Shown piece after piece: positions 48,122 to 60,200 of a stretch of DNA of 64,000 bases. The position numbers and the translations under genes are program-made. Position 1 is the first letter of the stretch, and each line of letters opens with the position of its first letter. The DNA is from Fimbriosthenelais zetlandica. Lineage: Eukaryota. The notes under the pieces were generated by a model. The model saw only the letters and a list, made by a program, of their open reading frames with translations. It made no database searches and had not been told where the DNA came from. The stretch spans positions 56,234,001 to 56,298,000 of the forward strand of contig OZ365109.1 of the NCBI GenBank assembly GCA_977030845.1, in the 5' to 3' direction.

Positions 48122-48239
48122 ATAGATCTCCGAGCTACTCCTTAACTTTCAATAAAATTGAAAATACCTTAAAAAATCCATAGATCTCCGAGCTACTCCT
48201 TAACTTTCAATAAAATTGAAAATACCTTAAAAAATCCAT
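48122..48239 (+). repeat. Perfect 58-bp tandem duplication
   Basis: tagatctccgagctactccttaactttcaataaaattgaaaataccttaaaaaatcca occurs at 48123-48180 and 48181-48238. Confidence 0.95.
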
Positions 48240-48466
48240 CGATATTCAGGGACATTGTGGCACAGACTTTTTAACATTTTCAATCTATTTTTCTCCCAAA
48301 AAATGTACATGTACTTGGTGGATATATACATTCTATTTTTACTGAAAAATATGTTTAGCCTTTATTATGAAAGGAATTTGAACAGCGAATAAATGGATAC
48401 AGTGGTGCGTGATATTTCTCCAAATCACTAATTCCAAATATCTCTATAATTGAGGCTGCATCACTA

Positions 48467-48780
48467 AGGGACCTTTCATTTGCATAAAATCGCACAAAAT
48501 TAATTTTATGCATAATTCTTGATCAGCTAAGCAAGAATGGTATTATAGTCAAGTGGCAGCATAGGAATGTGGGAGGTAATTTGACATCTCAAAGATGGAC
48601 CACCCCAGATTTGATAGTCCTTTGTGTGGAGCATCATTAGATGGAAAACGCACTTTTTCCCACTTTACCATTCCCTTGATGGACCTTATTAATTGCCTTA
48701 GTTATGCTATGAACTCAACGCTAATCAAGCTCTTCTTTGTAACAAAAAACAACCGGCTTGGGAGGTTCTAAAGGTCCCCT
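48467..48780. mobile_element. Possible ~314-bp MITE with short TIRs and TA TSD
   Basis: TA|AGGGACCTTT (48465-48476) and AAAGGTCCCCT|TA (48770-48782) form an inverted repeat with one indel. Confidence 0.4.
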
Positions 48781-49789
48781 TAGATGTGAGAGTTGAGCTT
48801 AATTTCTTTTCTGAGAACGCTCTAAATGGGGATATTAATAGAGGGAAGAATGTTTGCTGCGCTTTTCATTTCCAGGAGAGAGTGATGCAGTTCTAGGATG
48901 CACTGACTAACCCCAGAACTATAGAGATGGGACAATGTTGATACCAGACCCAGAAAACAAACAATCTGACATCTATTATATATTTAATATTAGGTCAATA
49001 CAGAGCAGACAGGGCATCTAGTCGTTAAAAGGACTGGGTCGACGCAAGACAGAACTATAAAGAAACAAAAGAATTTGACTGGGAATGCCTTGTTTTTGCC
49101 ACACTGGGGGATTGGAGGTTCACTCCTTCAGCTGGCCAGAGCATTTTATAGCAGGTCAAGCTTTGTACAATGGCAAATATTTTGGTCAGGTCTATACGGA
49201 TAAACATGATCAAATGCTTCTGGTAGAACATAAAGAAGTTTTCACTGTCGCAGCATAATGTTGACCAGATGTTTCCCTGAGACCATGGTCTAATACTGCA
49301 TCATTCATATAGATTCTAATGCTTTTGGCTGTCAAAGGCGATATGATCAGAGATAAGTCTTAACAAGTTATCAGATTACATAACATGCAAGCATCTCCAT
49401 TAATCTCTCATAGTAAATAAAATTAGAAAATACAGTTCAAAGCCAAATTATTCAACCGCATCCTGTTTATTTGAAAATGTAAAATGGTGCTCTCATGCAG
49501 TTATTTAAGGCAATGATTCTGGAGAATGACTATTGCAATCAGCTTTAAAATTTTACATTTTGCCAATAAAGCAAAATAACCCTGAGCGTAGTATTTTTTT
49601 CAGAATTCATGGTCAAATTACATTATCTACACATAAGGTAGACCTATATGATAGTTGTCAGTTATATATCAGTCTACTTATATCAGGAGGGTCAAGTAAA
49701 AAGGTGGGAAGATTGCTTGCAATATGAATACATAATACTTCCCTATAATAGCCTGGGCTGTAGAAGTCCTGATGGAATGGATTGCTTTT

Positions 49790-50100
49790 TGAGTGGTAGC
49801 AGGCGTTGCATAATTTGCTGCCTGGTGCTCGCAGCTATGGCTGGCATCTTATGAAATGTGAGCTATATAGTGGTGTTTCTGGTTCTAGAGTTACCTCTGT
49901 AAATCCTCGGTTAAGTGTGGAGGGAGGAGGCGAGGTATTAGTAGGTATGAAAGGTATATCAGTAAGTCAGACACCATCTTCATGTTGCACACCAACATCT
50001 CCTCAGCTCCTCTCTGATGTGGCAAGATTCCACTGCTGGAGCCCAGTCTCCGACAGGTTTCTGTTCCAAACAATTACCTTCTGGCTGGAGGGAATATTTC
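49790..50100 (-). mobile_element. Decayed L2-like ORF2 C-terminal fragment
   Basis: MKMVSDLLIYLSYLLIP (cf. K...GL.P.YLS.LL.P), then APGSKLCNAC (cf. AGP.LWNSL). Confidence 0.28.
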
Positions 50101-52299
50101 CGAGGAACTCCTATAGGAACTTCTATAGCTAAACCATTTACATGCATCTGTTATGACAAGAACACTTTTTTCCTGATAATTTATCGTCAGGAAAAATAAG
50201 GCATTGTATCAATACACGTTCATTGTAATTATACACGTTCAATCGAAATTATTCAACCCCCATTAGGTTTAATTTAGGGGTAACCCCCATTAGGTTTAAG
50301 GGCAAAATCTGGGCCTATAATCTGCAAAGGAGTTGAGTTATTTGGAATAGATGAGAGTTGTGTGTCCAGTGATTAGAGGTGGTAAGAGAATGCATCTGAG
50401 GTGGTGGCATTCCATCTGAAGCATGAAGGCTAGCTTATGAAGCAAGGCCAGGCCTATAGGACCAGAGTAATTGCAGGTGGATAAGGAAAGCATCGTCTTT
50501 CTCTCATCTGTCTTCAATCTGTATTTTTTACCACTGGCTCACTGGGTACCATTCTACATCAGATTCCTCCTTGCAAGCTCAGTACTTTTGTATAGCACAC
50601 GTGTTAGGAATTGTATTAAACAAGGCCCACACAAACACGACCGACCATGAAAGAATCGACCAAATCATCCTATGATATAATCAAGCTGTAGATATTGACA
50701 GATGTACCGACTGCCTAAAATTATCTTATATTATCTAGATTCATCATTATATCTTTTGGACCTAATACAAGCCTGGAAGACATGCAGTTTAAGACGTTCA
50801 AAAGTTTAAAAACTTTACAAGTCTAGGAGGATGGGACTTTCATGTCAAATTCCCAGGAACCCTCTATATACAATCAAGCAATATGACTGCAAATCAGATG
50901 CATAAATTGGCATGTAATAAGAATCATCGTCAGTCTATGTTTTCTGCCAAAGGAAGAAAAACATTTCCATATTTATTTACAACTGACTGCTCTGGCCATC
51001 TCTGATCATTACGCGGCTATGATTGCTTAGTTATCAGCCAGAGGTGAGCCGTGGAAGACGCCCAACTTTTTCTCTGGACCATCGTTGTCTTCTCTCTCAG
51101 GAGAATGATAAGAGATAGTGATCACCGGCCAAGCAAACAAGCTGAACGCTCCAGCAGAGCTCGCTTATCAGATACAGTCTAGCTGACTTGCCACTGACAA
51201 AGACTACAAGTATAATCATATTTTCCCTTTTCTAAAAGACACCTCTGTTGAATATTGCATAGGCGACGGAAGATTGCTCGTCTATATAGAAATTTCATGA
51301 ATAAAACAGGAGGGGCTAGGTACAGGAGGAAGAGAAATCTTTCCTAAATATATACACTTCTTTCTCTTCGTGCATTTATGAATATTTAATAAGGAAGGTG
51401 TCACAAAAAGATCATCCATTGTTGCCATGACTTTTTTATTTTTGACTCTAGTACACTAAGTGAAATAGATCCCTTATGTGTTCATAGATAAACCATTCAG
51501 TTGAACCTCTGTATAAGAACTATAGGCCTACACCATTCAATTGAAAAAAGTATATTGTAAGTTAGTGCCTTAAAGTGTTTGCTGAGGAAATATGCCATAT
51601 AAGTGACATTTACTTCCCAAGAAGCTATGATTGTTCTCCACTAGTGGCACAAGAGTGACTATTCTTCATGATATAAGTATTATATACTCCAGAGCCATAT
51701 AGCCTGAGTTTATGTAATGTCAGACCAAGCTGCAGGCTAGCCAGATGGTGCATAATGTATAGTGTACAGATCGTATCTATATACCAGCTATTCTCAATTT
51801 AAGCCAGTAATTTATGACTTGTGACATTATTATTAAAGGCCCCATACTCACAACAGTTACATAGCTTAGAGTAAAATGATTATTAACTACTTAGGAGCAG
51901 TAGTAATAATATAGATGCACTGTTAAACGTGGATTATATTGAAACGTAACGTGCGACTATAGGAAGTAAGAAGCCTTTGATCAAATTTTCTTCTTTTTAG
52001 AAAAAAATGTAGATTTACAATGAGTCCATTATTATCAATGCAATAATTCTGACCGGAATTTTTTTATCAAATTTTCTAATAGGACAAGGCAAGGTGCAAA
52101 CAAGGACTGTGTATGTACGTACAGGGAGAGGTTAGAGAAGAGGGAGTTAGAAATGTGCATGTGGTAGAAATGTGAATGTATCTATGCTTCTGTCATTGGT
52201 ATAAACAGTTCCCTCTGAGGTCGTATTTGCTCCAGGGTGGCGCACCATTCCAACAGTATCATACTTCTCCGTGGCTCTGGTGGAGGTGGCTTTAGTTGT

Positions 52300-52930
52300 T
52301 CTTATCTTTTAGTAGGTGGTGGGATAGAAGGTGAGGAACTGGTATAGGAAGAGCTAGAGAGATACAGGGGGTGACATAGAGGGAAAGGAGATGTAGTGAG
52401 GGACTGGGGAGAGGGAAGGAGAGGAGGAGAATATAGTGTGGCGACTGAAAGAGAGGGAAGACAGCAAGGGAGGAAACCGAAATTAAAGAGGGTGGGGATA
52501 GAACACAGAAGTGAAGTGAGAGGCAGGTGAGCGGATGGGAAGTATGGAAGAGATGGGAGAGCCATGCCATGAGAGAGAAGAGAGGGAGTGAGTGATAGGC
52601 AGGACGGAGAAGAAAGGATTTGGAAGAGAGGAGAGGAAAAGAGCAGACAGAAAACCCCAGAAAGAATACAGAGAAAGAATGGAGGAAGAGCAAGAGAGAA
52701 CGAAGGAGAGAGAGAGAGAGGAGTGTATGAGAGGTGGGATAGCCGTTGATGGAGCAGTAGGGTGAAGCTGGCTATGAGTTGAGTGATAGGGAGATAGTAG
52801 TAGACTGGCAGGAAGACGCAAGGCAGACGCCACCGTTAGAGCCTCAGGTAACTTCCTCCATGGTCCATAGATCCCAGGAGGAAGGTACTGGAGGAAAGGA
52901 AGCAGTAGACGGAGGAGGGAGGGAGCCACA
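52300..52930 (+). repeat. Purine-rich (GA) low-complexity tract
   Basis: About 630 bp of degenerate GA-rich sequence. It accounts for the Leu/Ser/Pro-rich ORFs 52292-52929. Confidence 0.9.
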
Positions 52931-53989
52931 CTATCACCGAGCTCTACTGTATTTGTACACTTAAAAAATGCACTTTATTGAACAAAGTAACAACTTTCAC
53001 TTTGCAAAACAACATCCTATATACTATCATGGGAACCTTTCTTGCCCAACCAAATCCGTTTATGAATTAGACCCTTTAAACCAGTTTATGCAATTATGGT
53101 AACAAATTATCACTTTTTCATTTGGCACATATTTTTTTTTTTATTTTTTTTTTTGGGGGGGGGGGGGGGGTTGAACTTCCATTTCATTTCATGTCAAAAA
53201 CATACAGCCTTGATAAGAGTAGCCTTCAATTCATTATGATTAGATGCTTGCTGCATAGGCCTATATATAAAGATTGACAATAAATCCTGAATGGCATATT
53301 CTAAAAACTGGGTGGTGGAATCTGGACCTCTGGAGATGAAAGTGAGTGAGGGGGCGGATATTTGTAGTTTCTTACATAACATATGAGTGGCATTATCTTG
53401 TAGAACTGGCGGTTCCCCAAAAAGGTCCTGAGATAACCCACCCAGAGAAACGCCAACACTGCCAGTGATAATCTAATATACACAGCCTATTTTTTAATAC
53501 TTTATATAGAAAGGGATAAGCTTTCTGCATATCATATTTCTTAAATTGGTTGGAGGTTGGTGCACCGTAAGCAATAGCTAAACACACTGAAATTTAGACA
53601 GATATTTACAATAAGATTTGGGAATATAATATCAGTGGCTTACATTGTCCTATACATCTATATTATGTAGAAGCAAGCAACCGAGGGTTGAAATTCAACA
53701 GATAACGAAAAAAAAGATACCACATATATAGTGTATCATGGGTCAAATGGATCAGTATTCTAAATATGCTTCTGGGGTCTAGAAATCTTAAATTGCTGAA
53801 AAAATAAACCTAATATGAAATGGAGGTTGTTGGGTATTTTGCTTCCAGCCGTAGAGGCCTATAGTCTACTTAATTAGTTCCACTTTCAGCCTTAATCCCC
53901 ATGATAAAACAAGGCAAGACTGGAGCTAACCATCGCCTCCTCTAAGCTTTATACATTACAGAAACCAACTGCTTATGTATAATAAATGA

Positions 53990-54250
53990 GTGGAGTTTTC
54001 ATATTAATGATTAGGACCCTCAAATTGCTGTTGACAAGCATTTCCAGAGCAGTGCTGTTTAATCCCGTTAGGAGGCCGGTGGTGGCCGCGAGGCGTGTCG
54101 TGTGGGATCCGCGTGTCCCTTTGGTGGAAGCAAACATGCCAATAAATGTAGAGAATCGCATCTTTCATCAGCTTCTCCCGCCTTTTGTGTTGGGATGTGT
54201 CAGTGGACAGGGCATGGACCTGTCGCCCGCAATAAAGCATGCTATACCCC
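53990..54250 (-). mobile_element. Decayed L2/CR1-like ORF2 C-terminal fragment
   Basis: HDTPRGH and TALLWKCLSTAI* (cf. AP.LWN.LP.AIR). Confidence 0.28.
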
Positions 54251-57200
54251 CGTCACATGTGGCAGGCTTTCTTATGGAAATGATTCATGGGGGAGACTTC
54301 AGGGTGGGCATATGAACAGCAGTGTGTATATGTTACCAGAGAGTCTCTCTGATGTTACCTAGTACACCTAGTGGGTGAAGTGAGCGAGGGAGTATTTGTT
54401 CAACGCCCAGTTAGTCTAATGACGGTAAGGAAACACGTTGTCGACAGATAATGGTCTGCTCTTCTCGAAAAACAGCAATGTTTCTGTTACATGCCCCTCA
54501 CGCTGCCCAGGTATTGAGTGGCTGACCATTGATACCCAAGCTTTTCGAAGTGTTCCTAAATAATTACCATTTACATAGACTGTAAAATAGTTAATAACAA
54601 TTTTTAATATTCAATTAATTAAGAAACAATCATATTCATTAAAGAATTGTCTTATTGAAAAGAAATATTAACAAATTTTATAATTTTGTATTTGCATCCT
54701 ATTTTCTCTGCATAGTCATTTACCAACTGTTCAGAAATTGTATTCTTTCGGGCTAAAATGGTGGTACCAAAAAGATTGAAATGTTCCACTGGTTTGCGTG
54801 ACAGGATTAATAAAAGAATTAATTCCTTCTCTCACTTACTCCTCTAAAACAAAGATAATGGTTCCCATAGTAACAAAAAACTTCAAAGAGAAGTGGATGC
54901 CCACAAATGGTCCCAATTTTATGCTTGACCATCAAGGAGGTCTGTCGGAAATAAAAGAGTTTCCAGTGCCTCTTCTCGTGGACCTATCCCCTCGTGTACC
55001 CCCATCCAATTTGTCAGAATGTTTTGTGCGGGGGAGCAGGGTTATTTTCGCAAACACTGGGGTTAGCCCCGAACATCAGTGAGAGTCGAAAGAAGGGGGA
55101 GGGTAAAAGAGGAAGGTTTATCTTTTTAGGCAGGGTGACCTTAAGGTAAGGACCTAGGCCCAGTGTAATCAATAAAAGCTGAATACACTGAACTGCTTCT
55201 TGCATGGGAGGGAAGAAAGGGAGAAAGAGAGTATAGGAAATGACTTGGTATGGCCGAGAAGTGTGGGAGAGGGAGAGAGGGAATAGGGGAGCGATAGGGC
55301 GATGAGGGAAGAGAGAAGAGAGGGAGACAAGGAATTTAAGGGGGGATGAGGAGCGAGGGAATGAGGGAGTCTGCAGAGGCCGAAAGTAGCGATGCATGTA
55401 TGGAGAAAAGACATTTCTAGGTTTTGGTCCACTTGTAGCCTATAAACTATCATGGCTCCAGAGCATTACAGCATTCATTTCACTTATCTAACCATGCTAA
55501 GATGGTGTTAGTTTAGCACTTGGTACGTGATGTATCACTATTATACTCAAGTGTCGTCGTAGATCTATTATCCAACGGTATAATAATAGGATCAAAAGTC
55601 CCATATACCACATAAACAGTACAAACAAATCCCATTAATGTAGGCCTAAGCAATAATTTTATAAACAATTCGCAATTAGACAATGTAATAAAGTAATTAT
55701 TGCCCAAAATATATTTCCAAGAAATTCATAATTATACGACAGAAATCCTAAAAAATAGTCAGAAAATATTTCTCATGTACATTATATGATATTTAAAAAC
55801 AACGTAATTTATAAGGTTGCATAAGGGTTATCTAGCCCGCCCCAAATGTCTGAGGAAACTGATGGGAAGAGTATTTAAATATGACATATCAATGAAACAT
55901 TACTTAGATAGGCCATGTGAACAGGTCAATTTTCACTCAGATGTAAACTCTAAGAAATATTAGATACACGACGTTCATTTTCAACTGTGGAATGGCTACA
56001 GTACGTAATAGCGGGAGAGGTATTGGGAATCCATACTGGGAATGGAAATGGAAAGATAAACTGTTTGGGTTCAGAAAATCCAGGGTTATCAATGAGCAAA
56101 TGATCTCTCATGAAAGTGACTTATAGTACTGTTCTTACTCTCTTCCCACAACTCCCATTCCTCCAATTAATTTCTGGTCCTGCCCAAGAAAAACTACTTT
56201 CCCCAGTTTTACCTTTCGGTTTCACTTCTGTGTCGCTCCCCTCCCCTCTCCCTATCTTCTGTCCCACCCTCTCCCTTCCCCTCATGCACTAAATATACCG
56301 AGCTGCTCTCTCCTGCTCTCTCTCTCTCCTGCATACCCTTTTCCTTTCCTACCCATCTCTTAACAATACCCCAACCCTGTTTCTATTCACCTTCCCTCTC
56401 CTCCTACCTCCATTCTCAACACCTCCCCCTGTCCCAGCCCTCTATCCCTCACTCGTCCAGTATCTCTGTCGCCCCTGCCCACATCAGGGTGATGAGTGAG
56501 TGTGCTTTGCTCACTGTTGGTAAAACACTCTCCTCGCCTTGTCAAGCCTCGCCATGCTCAGTGTCAGGAGCCAGTTTATTCAAACCTCTCTTTTATTTAC
56601 ACTCAGTTTGATGTTTCCCAGTCAATCCTTAGGCCTTAACAAGAATAATGTGTTTCTGGTGATCTATCTCTCCGAACCAACAAATTTAATGAGAAGAGGG
56701 ACGATTTAACTACAGTAGCATTTTCCAGATAGAGTGGGGGAAAAATCGTGACTTTATTAAAGGATATTATTACCTATCCACTTCCAATATTTCAATATAA
56801 TTAATATCAAATACAGTTGGCAGCACATTTATTAAGCCCCCATTGTGTATTCGCTTGACTGGCGAAATTTTGCAGCTGTTTGTGTTAACCATACCAGACA
56901 AGCCAAATTTAAGTATATCAATATTTAAATTCTTCAGTGGTATAGTTACAGCGAACAGCTGCAAGACTGTACTTTTGCCAATATCCAACTATGCAATGAG
57001 AATGAAATAGAAATGAAATAATGCAGTGTGGAGAAACAGATCATTAAATGAATTTGGTCTTATGATTAGCGCCAATAGGAACAAACCAGCTGCGGACTAA
57101 TAGGCCTGGCCTAGGCTTATTTATTTGCTGTTAAATGTATGCCTACCACTGTACACCTTCTGTTTGTTGTCCTCTCACCTCCTCATAATTTCCTGCTGGT

Positions 57201-60200
57201 TTGAATGAGTTTCCCCACATTTTAGACATGTTTACAAGGTTTGACTAGTTTGACATGGAAAATTATTTGCTTTTAATATGTCGCATCATTTTATTTATAT
57301 TTATGTCATATTAGGTTTAAAGCTACATTATATTGGCCATACAGAATGTGAGGTACTAATGTGCTACTAAAGAAATCAAGGAAGATGAAATATTCTAAAT
57401 AAATTTCATCTACATGAACAAAATTAAGGTCATCGAAAATTTCAAGGACATGTATTCAAACTATGTCAGACAGGCCTACTATACGTCAGATATCTGGATC
57501 GTAGAATAAGAATACAAAGAGGAAAATTGATAGGGTACAGAGAAAATTTGCATTTTCCACCAAATTTGAAAGTCGAAATCCTTCGATTTTCCGATCGTTT
57601 GTAAGGGGGTACTCTACATAAAAAGATGCATGAGTAAGGAAATGGTTTGGAATGCAAGTGTTCAAGTCCCATAATGGAAAAACTATGCATTCCAAGTACT
57701 CATCTCAATATTGGGTTCAATGTTCCCCATCCCCTGTTACTTGAAGCTTCTGTTACAAATCAATTCTTAATTTGCATACTTGTTTAGAAACCAATCAATA
57801 CGGCTGCCATTCTGGCGCCAATGCACTCGCCGTCTCTCTTCACATAAAAAGGTGCGGCCCATTAGGAATACTGATCTATGGATATTGATACCCACTGTTA
57901 CATGTATTTAGTCCACATTATAGATTCACATTGTTTCTGATCATGAAACAATTTGTTCTGCTAATGTTCAGACTGTGGTAATGTGTCTTTTTCTTTTGGT
58001 ACCGAGCTTCGGTATTGATCGGAAAGAAAAGTCCTGCCTACTATCAATCTAACAGGCGAGGATTGCATTGGGAGGAGGTCCGATAATAGTGCAAGTTATT
58101 ATAAGGAAACAGCTAGGTTTGTAATATAATATCATGGGCCTTATTTATTAGGAGTATATAGGCCCTACACGGATAAATATCTTTAGAACTTTAATCTAGA
58201 ATTCTAAACAAGGAATTGACATCTTATGTACGTCTAAATACATGTATGAATAATTCCTTTAAAATCATCTTTAGTTGGTAGTTTTTTCTATGTCAATTAT
58301 ATACCGTTAAAATGTTATACTTGTAGTTCCCGAACAATTAGTCAGGGTGTGTGGATTAGAAGTATTCATGAACGATTATGTGCGTAAAGTCTGGCAACAT
58401 GCAGACTTTTTTATATCCTTTTTTATTGTTTTTCTGTTTTTGTCTTCGATCTTCTCCCTTCTGCCTCCCACACATTATTAAGGGCCAGTGGCAGTGCATA
58501 ATGCCTCAGCTCCATTTCCTGGGGCCATCAATTAATCAATTAAACAAAAAACAAACCAGACAACGACTTCCAGCCGTCTGATGGAGCTTCTAGACAAATG
58601 TGCATGCCAGCATAGCCATGGATTCACCCATACAAAGTCACACACATCTATACACCATACCACCAATTACTCGGTGAAAAACACATGATAGGTTGGGCAT
58701 GGATAGCCTTTGATGTGTCATAAATGAACCCAAGTTGGCATGGAGTATACCAGCCAAGGCAAATTAGAAGGGAGGAAAAATGAAGTGATTAAAGAAGCGG
58801 TGGTTGACAAACAAGTGAGGAAGAGAAAAAAATGACAAAAGTGACGCACAACTGGAAATTAATGAAGCAAAACAGTTGGTTGGAGAGAGGAGCAGGCGGC
58901 CAAACCTCAGGTCCTGCCCCACCCATCCGTCCATGTGGTTTTCTCCCAACTGGCCGAGTGGTTTGATTACATTTAGTCTGTCCTATTCATTTAGGGGGCA
59001 ATTTTTCCCTTCTCTTTCATCGTTCAGAACGTGCTGATTGGGGCCAGAGGAGAGGCACGTCTCAATCATCCGTTTCAATCACTGGGGTCCCTCTGTGGTT
59101 GCATAATACCATTGACTACCCCCCACCAAGCGGGGAATATGCAATTATTGCCAGGGAGGTGGCCATTTTTCCTGCCCAGTTACGCTCATGCTAGGGGGTC
59201 TGGGGGTGTGCTCAGCCCCCCCATGGTGCCACGAGGAGCAGCAGTCTTTTAGCCCCCCTTAACAAATCATTTAAAGTTCACTGAATTCAGATGGCCCTTC
59301 AATACAATGCCAGCAATTGTCAAATTCTGTGAATTTTCACAAAATAACAGGGGGTTTCTTAGAAATTTTTACCAAATGAAAATGTAAATTGCGCAGCTGG
59401 ACCAGGGAGTGGGTAAATTACTAACTGTGCAAATCATAGCCCTGACGGCCCTTTTGATATGTTTTCCAAGGGTGACAAATAAGTTTTTTCTATGGGGTAC
59501 AAAAGGGCGCAGACTGGGATGTCCACGGGGGTCCTTCTTGCCCGGGGTGAGGGGTGGAAGTGGGCATTATCATTAGTATCATAATCTGAATCACACGCTT
59601 TGGGGAGTTTCAGGGGCCTTGCACAACAGGCTAAAAGAACGTGCTCCCTCAATATATTGTGGTGGCCAAGCCGAGTCTAGGAAACAATTGGTGCCTTTTT
59701 TCACTCGTGCCTTTCTTTTTCGTTATTTGTACGTTGCACCACAGGTTAAAAAGCATAATAGTCTGACAGGTGGGGGATGTGTTTCTGTGAATGAGCGACT
59801 TGTAGCAATTTTCTCTGCGCCATGAAAAGTCCCATGCTTATCTGTATTCTAACAGAATGATTCCAAACCTCCCAGAGGGCAGAGATGGGGGTTAGGACAC
59901 AGATCATCTAGTGCAGAAAACGTTATGCTTTTCTGACAGATTTTAGGAGAAAAGATTGCTCATTAAGAGAAAGGAACATTATTTGTCCACAAACAATTGA
60001 TTCAACTGCCATTGCACAATAGCTTTACAGACAAAATGTAAAATTCCGCAATTATTTGTCGCCATACCACAGAAGCATAACAGGACTTTGTTCCAGCCTA
60101 TGATGAACATAATTATATCAGAGCTTATTTATTACGATTTAATGATAATTAAATATCTACAGTGACCGAAAGATCTTATATCTAGGGTAACACTGGTATT

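Noticed and set aside
58951-58965. tRNA A-box-like TGGCCGAGTGGTT
   Set aside because: No B box or cloverleaf downstream.
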